Positions 47,190-56,034 of a DNA stretch of 64,000 bases are shown piece by piece (position 1 is the first letter of the stretch; each line of letters begins with the position of its first letter). Origin of the DNA: a bacterium (GTDB lineage Bacteria; SAR324; XYD2-FULL-50-16). The position numbers and the translations under genes are program-made. Location of the stretch: positions 64,001 through 128,000 of the forward strand of contig JAVVEA010000004.1 of the NCBI GenBank assembly GCA_032250835.1. Direction: 5' to 3'. Under the pieces are notes generated by a model. It did not search any database. It saw only the letters and a program-made list of their open reading frames with translations, and was not told the origin of the DNA.

Positions 47190-47816
47190 ATGTTTCCCTT
47201 GATTTTTGACCTCTTTGAGCGCGGCGGGATCATGATGTATCCCCTTTTGCTCTGTTCGGTCTTGGTGCTCACCCTCACCATCGAACGCGTCCTGGTGCTG
47301 CGCCGTCAGTCGCTGTTGCCTAAAAGCGCCTTGGAGCGTTGGCGGAGCTGGCTCGGTCAGGGGGTACCCGTACCACTACCCCCGTCCAGCCCGGCTTTGC
47401 TGGACCAATTGTTGTTGCCCATCTTGCCCTATTTTCCGATCCCTCTTTCGCGCCTAGAGGAGCGTTTTTCGGACCTCTCGCGCAAAGCCAAAAACCGCCT
47501 GGAACGGGGTGTGGTTTATCTCGACACCATCGCCGGAGTGGCCCCGTTGTTGGGTCTTCTGGGGACTGCGCTGGGTATGGTGGAGGTCTTTGCTAAGCTG
47601 AGTTTAGGCGGGCAAACCAAGATCGAAGCCCTTTCGGGCGGCATCAGCCAAGCCTTATTGACCACTGTGGCGGGCTTGGTGGTGGGGATTCCGGCGCTGA
47701 TCGCCGCGAACCTTTTCACCCGGCAGATCGAGAACCTTTTACTCAGCGCTGAAGACCAAGTAAACGGCTTGTTGGATCAATATTTTGACCAGATGATTGA
47801 TCATGAAACTCGTTGA
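47190..47816 (+). CDS. exbB: MotA/TolQ/ExbB proton channel protein
   Basis: APLLGLLGT, GISQALLTTVAGL..IPA. Confidence 0.85.
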   Translation: MFPLIFDLFERGGIMMYPLLLCSVLVLTLTIERVLVLRRQSLLPKSALERWRSWLGQGVPVPLPPSSPALLDQLLLPILPYFPIPLSRLEERFSDLSRKAKNRLERGVVYLDTIAGVAPLLGLLGTALGMVEVFAKLSLGGQTKIEALSGGISQALLTTVAGLVVGIPALIAANLFTRQIENLLLSAEDQVNGLLDQYFDQMIDHETR

Positions 47817-48201
47817 GTTTAAAAAGCGGCAAACCCAAATCAACCTGACCGCCTTGATCGACGTATTGTTTTTGTTGATCATTTTCTTTTCGGTGAGCAC
47901 TAAGTTTGCCAACCAAGAGGCGGTACCTATCGACTTACCCAAAGCCAAGACCGCTCAGGGGCTTTCGGTGCAGACCCGCTTGGTGATCGGCCTGAAAGAC
48001 GAAAACCATCTCTGGCTCAACGGCAGCAAAGTCACTTGGGAACAATTAGACGCCGAACTGGCCAATCCGCTTTTTGACCGCAATGAAAAGGTGGTGCTGA
48101 ACATCGACCAAAAAGTTCCCTATGGTAAGGTGATCTCATTGCTCGACCAATTACGGGAAAATAATTTCGAGAAGGTGGCCTTTGGCTCGGAAAGTCCCTG
48201 A
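47803..48201 (+). CDS. exbD: ExbD/TolR protein
   Basis: INLTALIDVLFLLIIFF, IDLPKA, DQKVPYG. Confidence 0.88.
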   Translation: MKLVEFKKRQTQINLTALIDVLFLLIIFFSVSTKFANQEAVPIDLPKAKTAQGLSVQTRLVIGLKDENHLWLNGSKVTWEQLDAELANPLFDRNEKVVLNIDQKVPYGKVISLLDQLRENNFEKVAFGSESP

Positions 48202-48958
48202 AATCTGGATTTGGATCGCGGCCCTAGCTTTGGCTCTGGTGATCCATTTGGCCACGCTGCCCGGTGTGTCCCAGTGGATATCCAAGGCTTTTTTGGCCCA
48301 GCCTCGATCCGCTCCGATCACCTTAGACTTAACCCAAGCTTTGCCGCCTCAGGTCCAACCCAAGCCGCCCCAGCGAAAATCCCCCTCGAAGTTTGAGCCC
48401 CTGCCTGAGGAAGAGAAGGTCTTGACCGACGCACCGGACCATATCGACCCCAAGGCCATGAGCAGTGGGCCCAAAGCGGGCGGGGCACAGGACCAAGGAA
48501 CCAAAAAGGCGCAGCGTAAGGGTGAGGGGGCCGCCGAAGCGGAGAAGTTCTTTAAAAATAACGGCCCCCTTTCGACCGGCGAAGGCGGCCTAAACTACGC
48601 GATCAACAATTACCAATGGAGCTATGAGCGGTTCATGAAGAACTGGGCGGTGGCTTTAAGCCAGCGTTGGCTGGCTCCGGCGGACTACCTAAAGGGCCTT
48701 GTGCCCGAAGGCGGTTATGTCTGGGTTAAGGTGATCCTGAGTAAAGACGGCGGGGTGCAGAGTTTTGAGGTGATCGAACACAACGTGACCGATGACATGG
48801 CGGCCATGGTGGTTTATGCCATCAACGGGGTACGCACCCGCCCCCCGCTCCCGGAAAATTTCCCTGAAGAGAAACTAGTCGCCTATTGGCGCTTTATCTA
48901 TCCCCCCTTTGAACAACTCAAAGCCATGCTCGAAGCGCAACGCCAAGGTGGGTCATGA
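48182..48958 (+). CDS. TonB/TolA-like energy transducer
   Basis: N-terminal TM with His, Pro/Lys linker, C-terminal RPPLP; follows exbBD. Confidence 0.7.
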   Translation: MARKVPEIWIWIAALALALVIHLATLPGVSQWISKAFLAQPRSAPITLDLTQALPPQVQPKPPQRKSPSKFEPLPEEEKVLTDAPDHIDPKAMSSGPKAGGAQDQGTKKAQRKGEGAAEAEKFFKNNGPLSTGEGGLNYAINNYQWSYERFMKNWAVALSQRWLAPADYLKGLVPEGGYVWVKVILSKDGGVQSFEVIEHNVTDDMAAMVVYAINGVRTRPPLPENFPEEKLVAYWRFIYPPFEQLKAMLEAQRQGGS

Positions 48959-50091
48959 ATCCCTTTGAATTAACCATCGAGCGCTGGGCTTGGCCGGGCT
49001 TAGGGATGGGGTATTTTGAAGAGAAGGCCGTCTTTCTGCCCAATGTCCTGCCCGGTGAGCGGGTGCGGGCTGAATTGATCAAAGCCGGAAAAAAGCACCT
49101 AGAAGCGCGCTTGGTCGAGGTATTAGACGCAGCGGACCAAAGGGTCCAGCCGGACTGTCGTCAATATCCGGCCTGCGGCGGTTGCGGCCTGTTGCATCTA
49201 AGCTACGGCGACCAACTCCAGATGAAGACGCAATTATTGGGCGAGTTGCTTAACCGCCACCAGTTAGAAGCTCCCTTTGAGGTCCGGCCCGCGCCCCAAC
49301 CGCTGGCCTACCGCTATAAGGCGAGCCTGAAAAGCGATGGGGCCCTGATCGGCTTGAATCGCTACCGTAGCGAACAGTTACTAAAGATCACCGACTGTTG
49401 CTTGGTTTTGCCGCCCCAGATGTTAGAGGCCGTGGCCCAGATCGAGCCCCGCTCGGATTGGGACTTAAAGGCTTTGCTTTCGCGCTCCAGTGGCAAGTTG
49501 GCGCTGATCTGGGACAAGCGGGGACAGACCAAACCCCAGGTGGGCTATGGGCAGACGGTTATCGAAGATTATGGGGCCGGGCCGATTGAGTTGCAGGCGG
49601 CAAGGTTTTGCCAGTCCAACCCGATGGTGACGGAGCAGATTTTAGGGGACCTTAAAGAAGCGTTGGGCGGGATCACCCATTTGGTGGAACACTACGCTGG
49701 GGCAGGCACCTTGACCCTGGCGCTGGCACCACAGATGACCAAGCTTTGGGCCTTTGAGTCCGAACCGGGGGCCGCCAAGCTGGGCGCACGCAATTTGGGG
49801 TCTTTTGAGGCGGTGCGTTTTAAGGCCGCCCGCGCTGAGGGGGCCCAAATCCCCCAAGAGGCCGAAGCGCTGTTGGTGGACCCGCCCCGTGCCGGGATGG
49901 CATCCGCCCTGGTCGATGCGGCGCTGGTTTCAAAGTTAAGCCGGATCGTTTATTTAAGCTGCGACCCCCAGACCCAAGCCCGCGATTTGGCCCGGTTGGT
50001 TGCCGGTGGGTTTCAGTTAGAGTGGGTGCGGGGGTACGATATGTACCCCCAGACCGGGCACCTGGAGTCTCTGGCTTTACTGAGCCGTTAA
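48955..50091 (+). CDS. rlmD: 23S rRNA m5U methyltransferase (TRAM + 4Fe-4S)
   Basis: LPGE, CRQYPACGGC, FCQSN, DPPRAG, YLSCDP, DMYPQTGHLE. Confidence 0.85.
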   Translation: MNPFELTIERWAWPGLGMGYFEEKAVFLPNVLPGERVRAELIKAGKKHLEARLVEVLDAADQRVQPDCRQYPACGGCGLLHLSYGDQLQMKTQLLGELLNRHQLEAPFEVRPAPQPLAYRYKASLKSDGALIGLNRYRSEQLLKITDCCLVLPPQMLEAVAQIEPRSDWDLKALLSRSSGKLALIWDKRGQTKPQVGYGQTVIEDYGAGPIELQAARFCQSNPMVTEQILGDLKEALGGITHLVEHYAGAGTLTLALAPQMTKLWAFESEPGAAKLGARNLGSFEAVRFKAARAEGAQIPQEAEALLVDPPRAGMASALVDAALVSKLSRIVYLSCDPQTQARDLARLVAGGFQLEWVRGYDMYPQTGHLESLALLSR

Positions 50092-50507
50092 AAATCCGGG
50101 GTCGGGGGGCGCAAAGCCTTGGCTTGGCGGAACTCAAAGATCCGCTCGATCCGCTCGACTAACATAGGCGCGTCGTAGGGCTTGGTCATGTAGCTATCGG
50201 CCCCGGCCTTGAGCGCTTCCATCATCTCGTCAGGTTCCTCTTCGCCGGTGACCAACAAAACCGGTATTTCCGCCAGCGCAGGGTTGGCTCGGATCGCTTC
50301 GAGCAATTCTAGGCCGCTCATCTTGGGCATGGACCAGTCGATCACCGCCAAGTCAAAGGGCTCCTCTTGCATACGGTCTAAGGCCAGAAATCCGTCTTCG
50401 ACCACTTCTACGTCCGAATAACCTAAGCTTTGGAAGATCTTGCGCGCCAACAGGCGGATGCCTAAGGAGTCGTCGACGACGATGATTCTTAAATGTTCGA
50501 TAGACAT
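50088..50507 (-). CDS. CheY-like single-domain response regulator
   Basis: VVDD, IDWSMPKMSGLELL, LVT, KP. Confidence 0.9.
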   Translation of the reverse strand: MSIEHLRIIVVDDSLGIRLLARKIFQSLGYSDVEVVEDGFLALDRMQEEPFDLAVIDWSMPKMSGLELLEAIRANPALAEIPVLLVTGEEEPDEMMEALKAGADSYMTKPYDAPMLVERIERIFEFRQAKALRPPTPDF

Positions 50508-50621
50508 GCCCTCTCCGGCAAAGACGTTGAATTCAGGTGTGAAACAGGCTAGCTTGGGCTCATCCCGCTGATGAGCTTACGAGGGCCCAGCAGAAGAAGC
50601 AAGCCTAAGACCCAAAGGACC

Positions 50622-52745
50622 ATGTCGAAGCAAAATGCGCTGAAGGAACAATACTTGGCCGCACTGGCCGAGCGGATCGAGTCTTCGGACCCCCAGACCC
50701 GCTTCGAAGCGGCTCAAGTGGCCTTCCAACTCTTCAGCCAACTGACCGAAGAATTAGCCCCCGAAGGGGCGGTGGCCTATCAGTTCGGCGAGCGCTTCGC
50801 CCAAGCGGACCTTCCCTTTTTTTCTAGCCCCGACGACGAAACCAAACAAAGCCGCGAGGCCGCCTTTGCAGCCCGCCTGGCGTTGATTTGCGGATTGCCG
50901 GGCCTACAATCGGCCAGCCCTTGGACCACCCACCTGTTGGCCTCGGTGGCCGAAGAGGTCCAGCTAGAGCCGGGCGAGGACTTCTTATCGCCCTACCGCC
51001 CGGTGACGGGGTTGTATCTGGTGCCCGGTGAGGTGCTTTCACCGGGCCTGGGGTTGCGCCTACCGCTGGCAGAGAGCGGTGGGATCTTTGGGGAGCAGTC
51101 TTGCCGGTTCGAGACGGTCCAAGCGGCGATGCCCTTGCAAGTCGCGCAGTCAACCGGGGCCTTACTGGTGCCCAAAGACCGGCTTTTGGCCCTGCTGCCC
51201 TGGAATCCGGAGTTGCGGGGGTTGTTGATCGAGACGGTGTTGGATAAAAACAGCCAGAAGATCAAAAAACTATCCCAGGAATTTCTGGCCTGTAACGCCG
51301 AGTTGAGGCTCTCCCAGCAGATTTTAGACAACATCGGTCAGGCCAGCCTTTCGATTGATGAAAAAGGCGAAATCGGTAGCCACTATTCCTCGGTAGCCGC
51401 GCAGTATCTGGGGCACCAGGAATTGGCCGGGCGTCCCTTTGCTGATTTGATCCTACAGGGCGACCGCAAAGCTTTGCGGTCCTATTACCGGGCTTTGGCC
51501 ATGATCTTCGGCGGCAACCAATTTGACCCCAAGGTGGTTTTGGAACTGCTGCCCAAGCGCGCCAACCTCCATGGCCGTCAGTTCAGGCTGCATTATTATT
51601 TTACAGACGACCATTTAGGTTTTGTCACTTCCGTCTTTGTGCGGCTCGAAGACATCACCAAAGAACTAGCGCTGCAAGCCCGCCAACAGGCTGAAGCGGA
51701 GCGCGAAGAGCTGGACCGCAAGGTACAAGAGAAAATCCGCGCCAACCTGGGGGCCTTTTTGAGTCTTTTGGACTTGATCGAATACAACCAAGCCCACCTA
51801 GAGGACCTCAACAAAAACCTCTTGGCCCAAACCCAGCCAGATCCCCAAGATTTACGCGGGATGATGAAAGAGTTACACAGCATCAAAGGGCTTTGTGGTC
51901 AGTTTGGCTTGGGCGACTTAAAAACCCAGGTCCATCAGGCCGAAGAACAGATCCAGCGCTGTGCGCGGGGCGAAGGTGTCGCCGCAGATATGCTTGAGGC
52001 AATCAAAATCACCAAAAAAGGCTACCGCCGCGCCAAGGGCTTGATTGATAGCTTGGGGCCCGAGGTGGTGCGGATTTTAAGGGGAGTTAACTTTGAGCGT
52101 GGGGAGTACGACCTGCTGGTTGCCGCAGTGCACGCCAAGGATTGGGAGCAGGTCGGGGAGCTGGTGTTGTCGCGCGACCTAGTACCGGCGGCCAAGGTGG
52201 TCGAACATTGGGAAAGGGACTTAAAGGAGTTGGCCAAAGACTTGGGCAAACAGGTTTCCTTTACCTTCAACGCACCTGCAGACCTGAGCCTGCACCAGGA
52301 CCTAGCCCGGATCTTAAACTTCGAGTTACGCCATTGTTACCGCAACGCCATCGACCACGGCATTGAGCTACCGGAGCAACGTCAAGCGGCGGGCAAGGAC
52401 CCGGTGGGCCAGATCACCGCCAGCTTGGAAGTCAAGGCAGGGCGTTTGACGCTAAGCCTGCAAGACGACGGGGCGGGGATCGACTGGGAACGGATCAAAA
52501 ACAAAGCCCTAGAGAAAGACCATCTGGACCACGCCGTGGTACAAGGCCTGATCGACCAGGGGGAGCCTTGGCGTATCTTATTGCTGCCCGGTTTCAGTAG
52601 TCAGGATATGGTCAGCCAAGTTTCGGGTCGAGGGGTGGGGCTAGATGCGGTGGAGTCTGCGGTCGGCGAGCTGGGCGGAACCTTGACGATCCAGAGCGAG
52701 TTAGGCCAGGGCACCTGCTTCTTGGTGGATTTGCCCTTAAGTTAA
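50622..52745 (+). CDS. CheA-like kinase (cNMP-like, PAS-like, Hpt, HATPase) lacking CheW domain
   Basis: ELHSIKG, RNAIDHGIE, DDGAGID, PGFSS, SGRGVGLDAV; ends right after the ATPase domain. Confidence 0.85.
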   Translation: MSKQNALKEQYLAALAERIESSDPQTRFEAAQVAFQLFSQLTEELAPEGAVAYQFGERFAQADLPFFSSPDDETKQSREAAFAARLALICGLPGLQSASPWTTHLLASVAEEVQLEPGEDFLSPYRPVTGLYLVPGEVLSPGLGLRLPLAESGGIFGEQSCRFETVQAAMPLQVAQSTGALLVPKDRLLALLPWNPELRGLLIETVLDKNSQKIKKLSQEFLACNAELRLSQQILDNIGQASLSIDEKGEIGSHYSSVAAQYLGHQELAGRPFADLILQGDRKALRSYYRALAMIFGGNQFDPKVVLELLPKRANLHGRQFRLHYYFTDDHLGFVTSVFVRLEDITKELALQARQQAEAEREELDRKVQEKIRANLGAFLSLLDLIEYNQAHLEDLNKNLLAQTQPDPQDLRGMMKELHSIKGLCGQFGLGDLKTQVHQAEEQIQRCARGEGVAADMLEAIKITKKGYRRAKGLIDSLGPEVVRILRGVNFERGEYDLLVAAVHAKDWEQVGELVLSRDLVPAAKVVEHWERDLKELAKDLGKQVSFTFNAPADLSLHQDLARILNFELRHCYRNAIDHGIELPEQRQAAGKDPVGQITASLEVKAGRLTLSLQDDGAGIDWERIKNKALEKDHLDHAVVQGLIDQGEPWRILLLPGFSSQDMVSQVSGRGVGLDAVESAVGELGGTLTIQSELGQGTCFLVDLPLS

Positions 52746-54044
52746 TTTCAGCGCAGTGAAATGATCCAGCGCCTTGTCGCCTAAAACTTCTAAGGGGTCT
52801 AGGTCCTGTTTGATGCTCAGTTCGGTTCTGCGGGCTAGATCGACCAACTCGTGGGTTAAGTCCTGGCCTTGGCCATCCTGGAAGACCGCCACTTGGGGAC
52901 GGTAAAGATCGCCTTTGGGCACGTTCATGACAAAGCCCATCCGGTTATCGCTCAGCTTCACCAACGAGCCAATGGGGAATAGGCCCATCACCGCCGAAAA
53001 GTCGTCAAACACCGCTTCATCATATTCCACCCCGGCCAGTGCGTCGATATAGCGAAGCGCCGCCGCCGCGGTCCAGGACTTTTTGTAATTGCGGCGTCCG
53101 GTCAAAGCTTGATAGATGTCTATGATCGCCAAGAGGCGGGCCTCATAGCTGGCGTCTTCAAACTTCAAGTCTTTGGGGTAAGAGGAATAAATCGACTCAT
53201 CTACTTTTACGTGGTGGTAGTACCCCATATTCACCGCCGTTTCAGGCAACTTCAGCTCGGTCAACAGATTACGGCTCTTTTCGGCATGGCTGCGCAGTGC
53301 CTTCATCTCCGCACTGTCCTTCTCGAAGGGCATAGGAGATTCTAGAATATCTTTAGGCAGCAAGCTCTTGCCGATGTCGTGTAAAATCGCCGCCAATAAG
53401 GTTTCTTGCAAATCCGCAAATACGCTGGTGCGGCCGGTCTGTTCGCTGATCTTTTGGTAGACCATGGTGAAGATCGCCCCGACGTCTACACAATGGGCGT
53501 AGGTGTGGTCCGCTTGCTTGAGGGAGGCTAGGGCCGCCATGGCGTCTATGTTGGCATTTTCTACGATCTCTTCCACTAAACCTTCAATGGCCTCTAAATT
53601 GGTGACCCCTTGGGCCAAACCGTCAAAAAGGGCTTCTACGGCAACGGTGGCTCGTTCGCGGGCGACCTTACCGGCTTTAGCTTGGGTGACCAGCTGGTTG
53701 GCCTTGGCTATGGCTTGTTTGGGGTCTTCGCTGTGGCTCTGCAACACCTCAAAGGCGGTAAAGCCTTGACGGCCCAATTCGGCTAACAGGCGCTCGTTGA
53801 CCTGGGTTAAATGGGCCAAGGCTACCGGGAAGGCAAAGACTTTTTGGGGTCGGTCACCGGGGCGCAACTCGGTGATGGCGAGATCCAGCGGCTGCCCGCC
53901 GCGCTTTAGGGAGACCCGAGCCCCCGGAAAGTTGTGCTGTAGCCATTCACATTTCTTGGCGTCTAAGGCTCCAAAACGGTCTTCTAAGTCCAGGTAAGAC
54001 TGGATGGTCATGCCCTGTTGGAGTTCGTAGAGAGTCAGCTTCAA
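52737..54044 (-). CDS. HD-GYP-like phosphohydrolase, variant motifs
   Basis: TYAHCVDV, LHDIGK, HH...SSYP, RRNYKK, FPIGSLVKLSD. Confidence 0.82.
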   Translation of the reverse strand: MKLTLYELQQGMTIQSYLDLEDRFGALDAKKCEWLQHNFPGARVSLKRGGQPLDLAITELRPGDRPQKVFAFPVALAHLTQVNERLLAELGRQGFTAFEVLQSHSEDPKQAIAKANQLVTQAKAGKVARERATVAVEALFDGLAQGVTNLEAIEGLVEEIVENANIDAMAALASLKQADHTYAHCVDVGAIFTMVYQKISEQTGRTSVFADLQETLLAAILHDIGKSLLPKDILESPMPFEKDSAEMKALRSHAEKSRNLLTELKLPETAVNMGYYHHVKVDESIYSSYPKDLKFEDASYEARLLAIIDIYQALTGRRNYKKSWTAAAALRYIDALAGVEYDEAVFDDFSAVMGLFPIGSLVKLSDNRMGFVMNVPKGDLYRPQVAVFQDGQGQDLTHELVDLARRTELSIKQDLDPLEVLGDKALDHFTALKLT

Positions 54045-54267
54045 AGTGGTTGGGCTTTGGGTTTTTTTAAATCGGGTGCAACCCGTGTCTTTACAGTGTA
54101 AACGGACCGGAAGCCTCTGCCAAGCGCAAAGGGTATTTTGAAGCTGGGGGATTGGGCTTAGGGCTTAACTTGTTTTTTTTACGGACCTTTGACTTGGACT
54201 TGTTGGGGGGTAGGGCTGAATCGGGCATAGTGAAGTCATCTAAACTACCCCGATAAGAGGAGGGACC

Positions 54268-54627
54268 ATGTTTGATGAATACGCCTTTAAGCAGGCCGCA
54301 CGTCTTGGATTTTGGCTGCACCGAGAAAAAGGCGGCAATGTCCATTCTTTTTGGCCTAAGTTAGATTTCTTCACGCCGCTGCTCAAGGGCACCCGGTTAG
54401 AGGAGCTGCTGGAACGAATGCATTACGATGAATTGGGCCAGGTGGACGAAGCCTTTTTAGACCAGATGGCCCAAGAGATGACGCCCTTCCAAAAGACCCA
54501 AACCCTTTACTTTTTGGATCACTTGAGCGAACGAGACCGGCAAGACCTCCCGCTTGCCGAATTGACCAAGATGCGCGACCTTTACCACCGCATCCTCTTT
54601 GGCCGGCCTTTGTCGGCCTTAGGCTAA
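54268..54627 (+). CDS. Hypothetical protein
   Basis: GAGGAGGG RBS, 119-aa ORF. Confidence 0.7.
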   Translation: MFDEYAFKQAARLGFWLHREKGGNVHSFWPKLDFFTPLLKGTRLEELLERMHYDELGQVDEAFLDQMAQEMTPFQKTQTLYFLDHLSERDRQDLPLAELTKMRDLYHRILFGRPLSALG

Positions 54628-54636
54628 GTTCTGGGT

Positions 54637-55371
54637 CTAGAGGCCGCTCAGTAAGCGGGGGTCGTCGCTGAAGACCCCGTGCAGGCCTAGTTTAAACAGC
54701 TCTCGGGCCCGCTCGGCTTGGTTGACCGTATAGACCAAGTATCGGTAGCCGCCTTGGTGCAGGGCGATGGCATCGGCCTCTTGGGCGTGGGCTTGGTCCC
54801 CGTGGAAGGCATAGGCGTCCAAACGGCGCAGCATTGCCCAGGACTCAGCGTCCAGCGGCGACACGCTGAGTAAGGAAAGGGCCATTTGCGGCGCTAAGGC
54901 GCGCAGGCTTAAAAGGCAATCGGCGGCAAAGGAACTAACCAACACCGAAGAGGTCAAGTCCCGTTCGTTAAGGGCCTCCATCATCTGGCCCAAGACCCGA
55001 TCCCCACCGGTTTTATAGGTTTCGGGCTTGATTTCTAGGTTCAGGGCAATCCGACCCTTCGCGAGGTCTAGTAATTCCTCAAAGCTGGGGATTAAGGTCC
55101 CGGCAAACTCCGGTCCCTTCCAGGCCCCGGCGTCGAGCTGGCGCAATTCCTGGTAACTTTTTGCTTGGATAGATCCCTGGGCCCCGGTGATCCGGTCCAA
55201 GGTTTCGTCATGAAAGACCAGCAACCGACCATCTTGACTTAAAGCTAAATCCACCTCGGCCATCGGGGCTTTGGCTTGGATTGCTGCCTCAAGTGCCGGT
55301 AGGGTGTTTTCGGGGAAGTGGGCCGAGTCGCCTCGATGGGCCACCACGCTGGCCCAAGGGAGTAAGAACAT
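54637..55371 (-). CDS. Glycerophosphodiester phosphodiesterase
   Basis: AHRG, PENT, EVD, HD, NLEIK, SSF, YTVN, SDDP. Confidence 0.93.
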   Translation of the reverse strand: MFLLPWASVVAHRGDSAHFPENTLPALEAAIQAKAPMAEVDLALSQDGRLLVFHDETLDRITGAQGSIQAKSYQELRQLDAGAWKGPEFAGTLIPSFEELLDLAKGRIALNLEIKPETYKTGGDRVLGQMMEALNERDLTSSVLVSSFAADCLLSLRALAPQMALSLLSVSPLDAESWAMLRRLDAYAFHGDQAHAQEADAIALHQGGYRYLVYTVNQAERARELFKLGLHGVFSDDPRLLSGL

Positions 55372-55454
55372 GGGTCTGTAGGTTAGGGTTTGTCTTTAAG
55401 TCTAACCTTGCCTTAAACTAAAGAAAAGTCCCAAAGCTTCCCCTTGGAATCAAG

Positions 55455-55928
55455 ATGCCCTTACCGGACCTCACCCCCCAATCCCAAGACCGCCTCTGGC
55501 TGGTCAGTTCGCCGCTGCCTTGGCCTTTAGGGCCTATGGCTCGGCATGCTTGGCTGGTGGTCCAATTGGCCGATCAAGCGCCCCAACGTTGGGAGGTTTG
55601 GCAGTCCCCCCACCGGAGCCCCCTATCCTGGGGGCACGTGCATCGTGACCTCTGCGGCCCCTTTGAGGGTATGGCTCTTTGGCCGGGCTGGCGCTGTGGC
55701 CGCCGGGCCTGGGCGGCGCGGATCGAGGCCGAAGCGGTAGGCGAGACCGCCCGGCAGGTGGCGGAATTTTTAAATCACCAAGCACCTAACTATACCCACC
55801 GTAACCACTACCGGTTTTTTCCGGGCCCCAACTCCAATAGCTTTGTCGCTTGGGCCTTAGCCTCTTGCCGGTTAGCCTGGGTACTGCCTTGGACCGCTTG
55901 GGGGAGGAACTACCCCATAGAGGTATAG
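55455..55928 (+). CDS. DUF3750-like protein
   Basis: HAW, RWEV, Y..FPGPNSNSFVAW. Confidence 0.75.
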   Translation: MPLPDLTPQSQDRLWLVSSPLPWPLGPMARHAWLVVQLADQAPQRWEVWQSPHRSPLSWGHVHRDLCGPFEGMALWPGWRCGRRAWAARIEAEAVGETARQVAEFLNHQAPNYTHRNHYRFFPGPNSNSFVAWALASCRLAWVLPWTAWGRNYPIEV

Positions 55929-56034
55929 GGTAAAAATTATGGTTCCCATCAAGGACTTAGCTTGATATGGATTAGGGTCCTTTCCCTGGGAAATCAACCG
56001 GGGCGTCGGTTCTGAATTCTGCCTCAGGGTCTCG

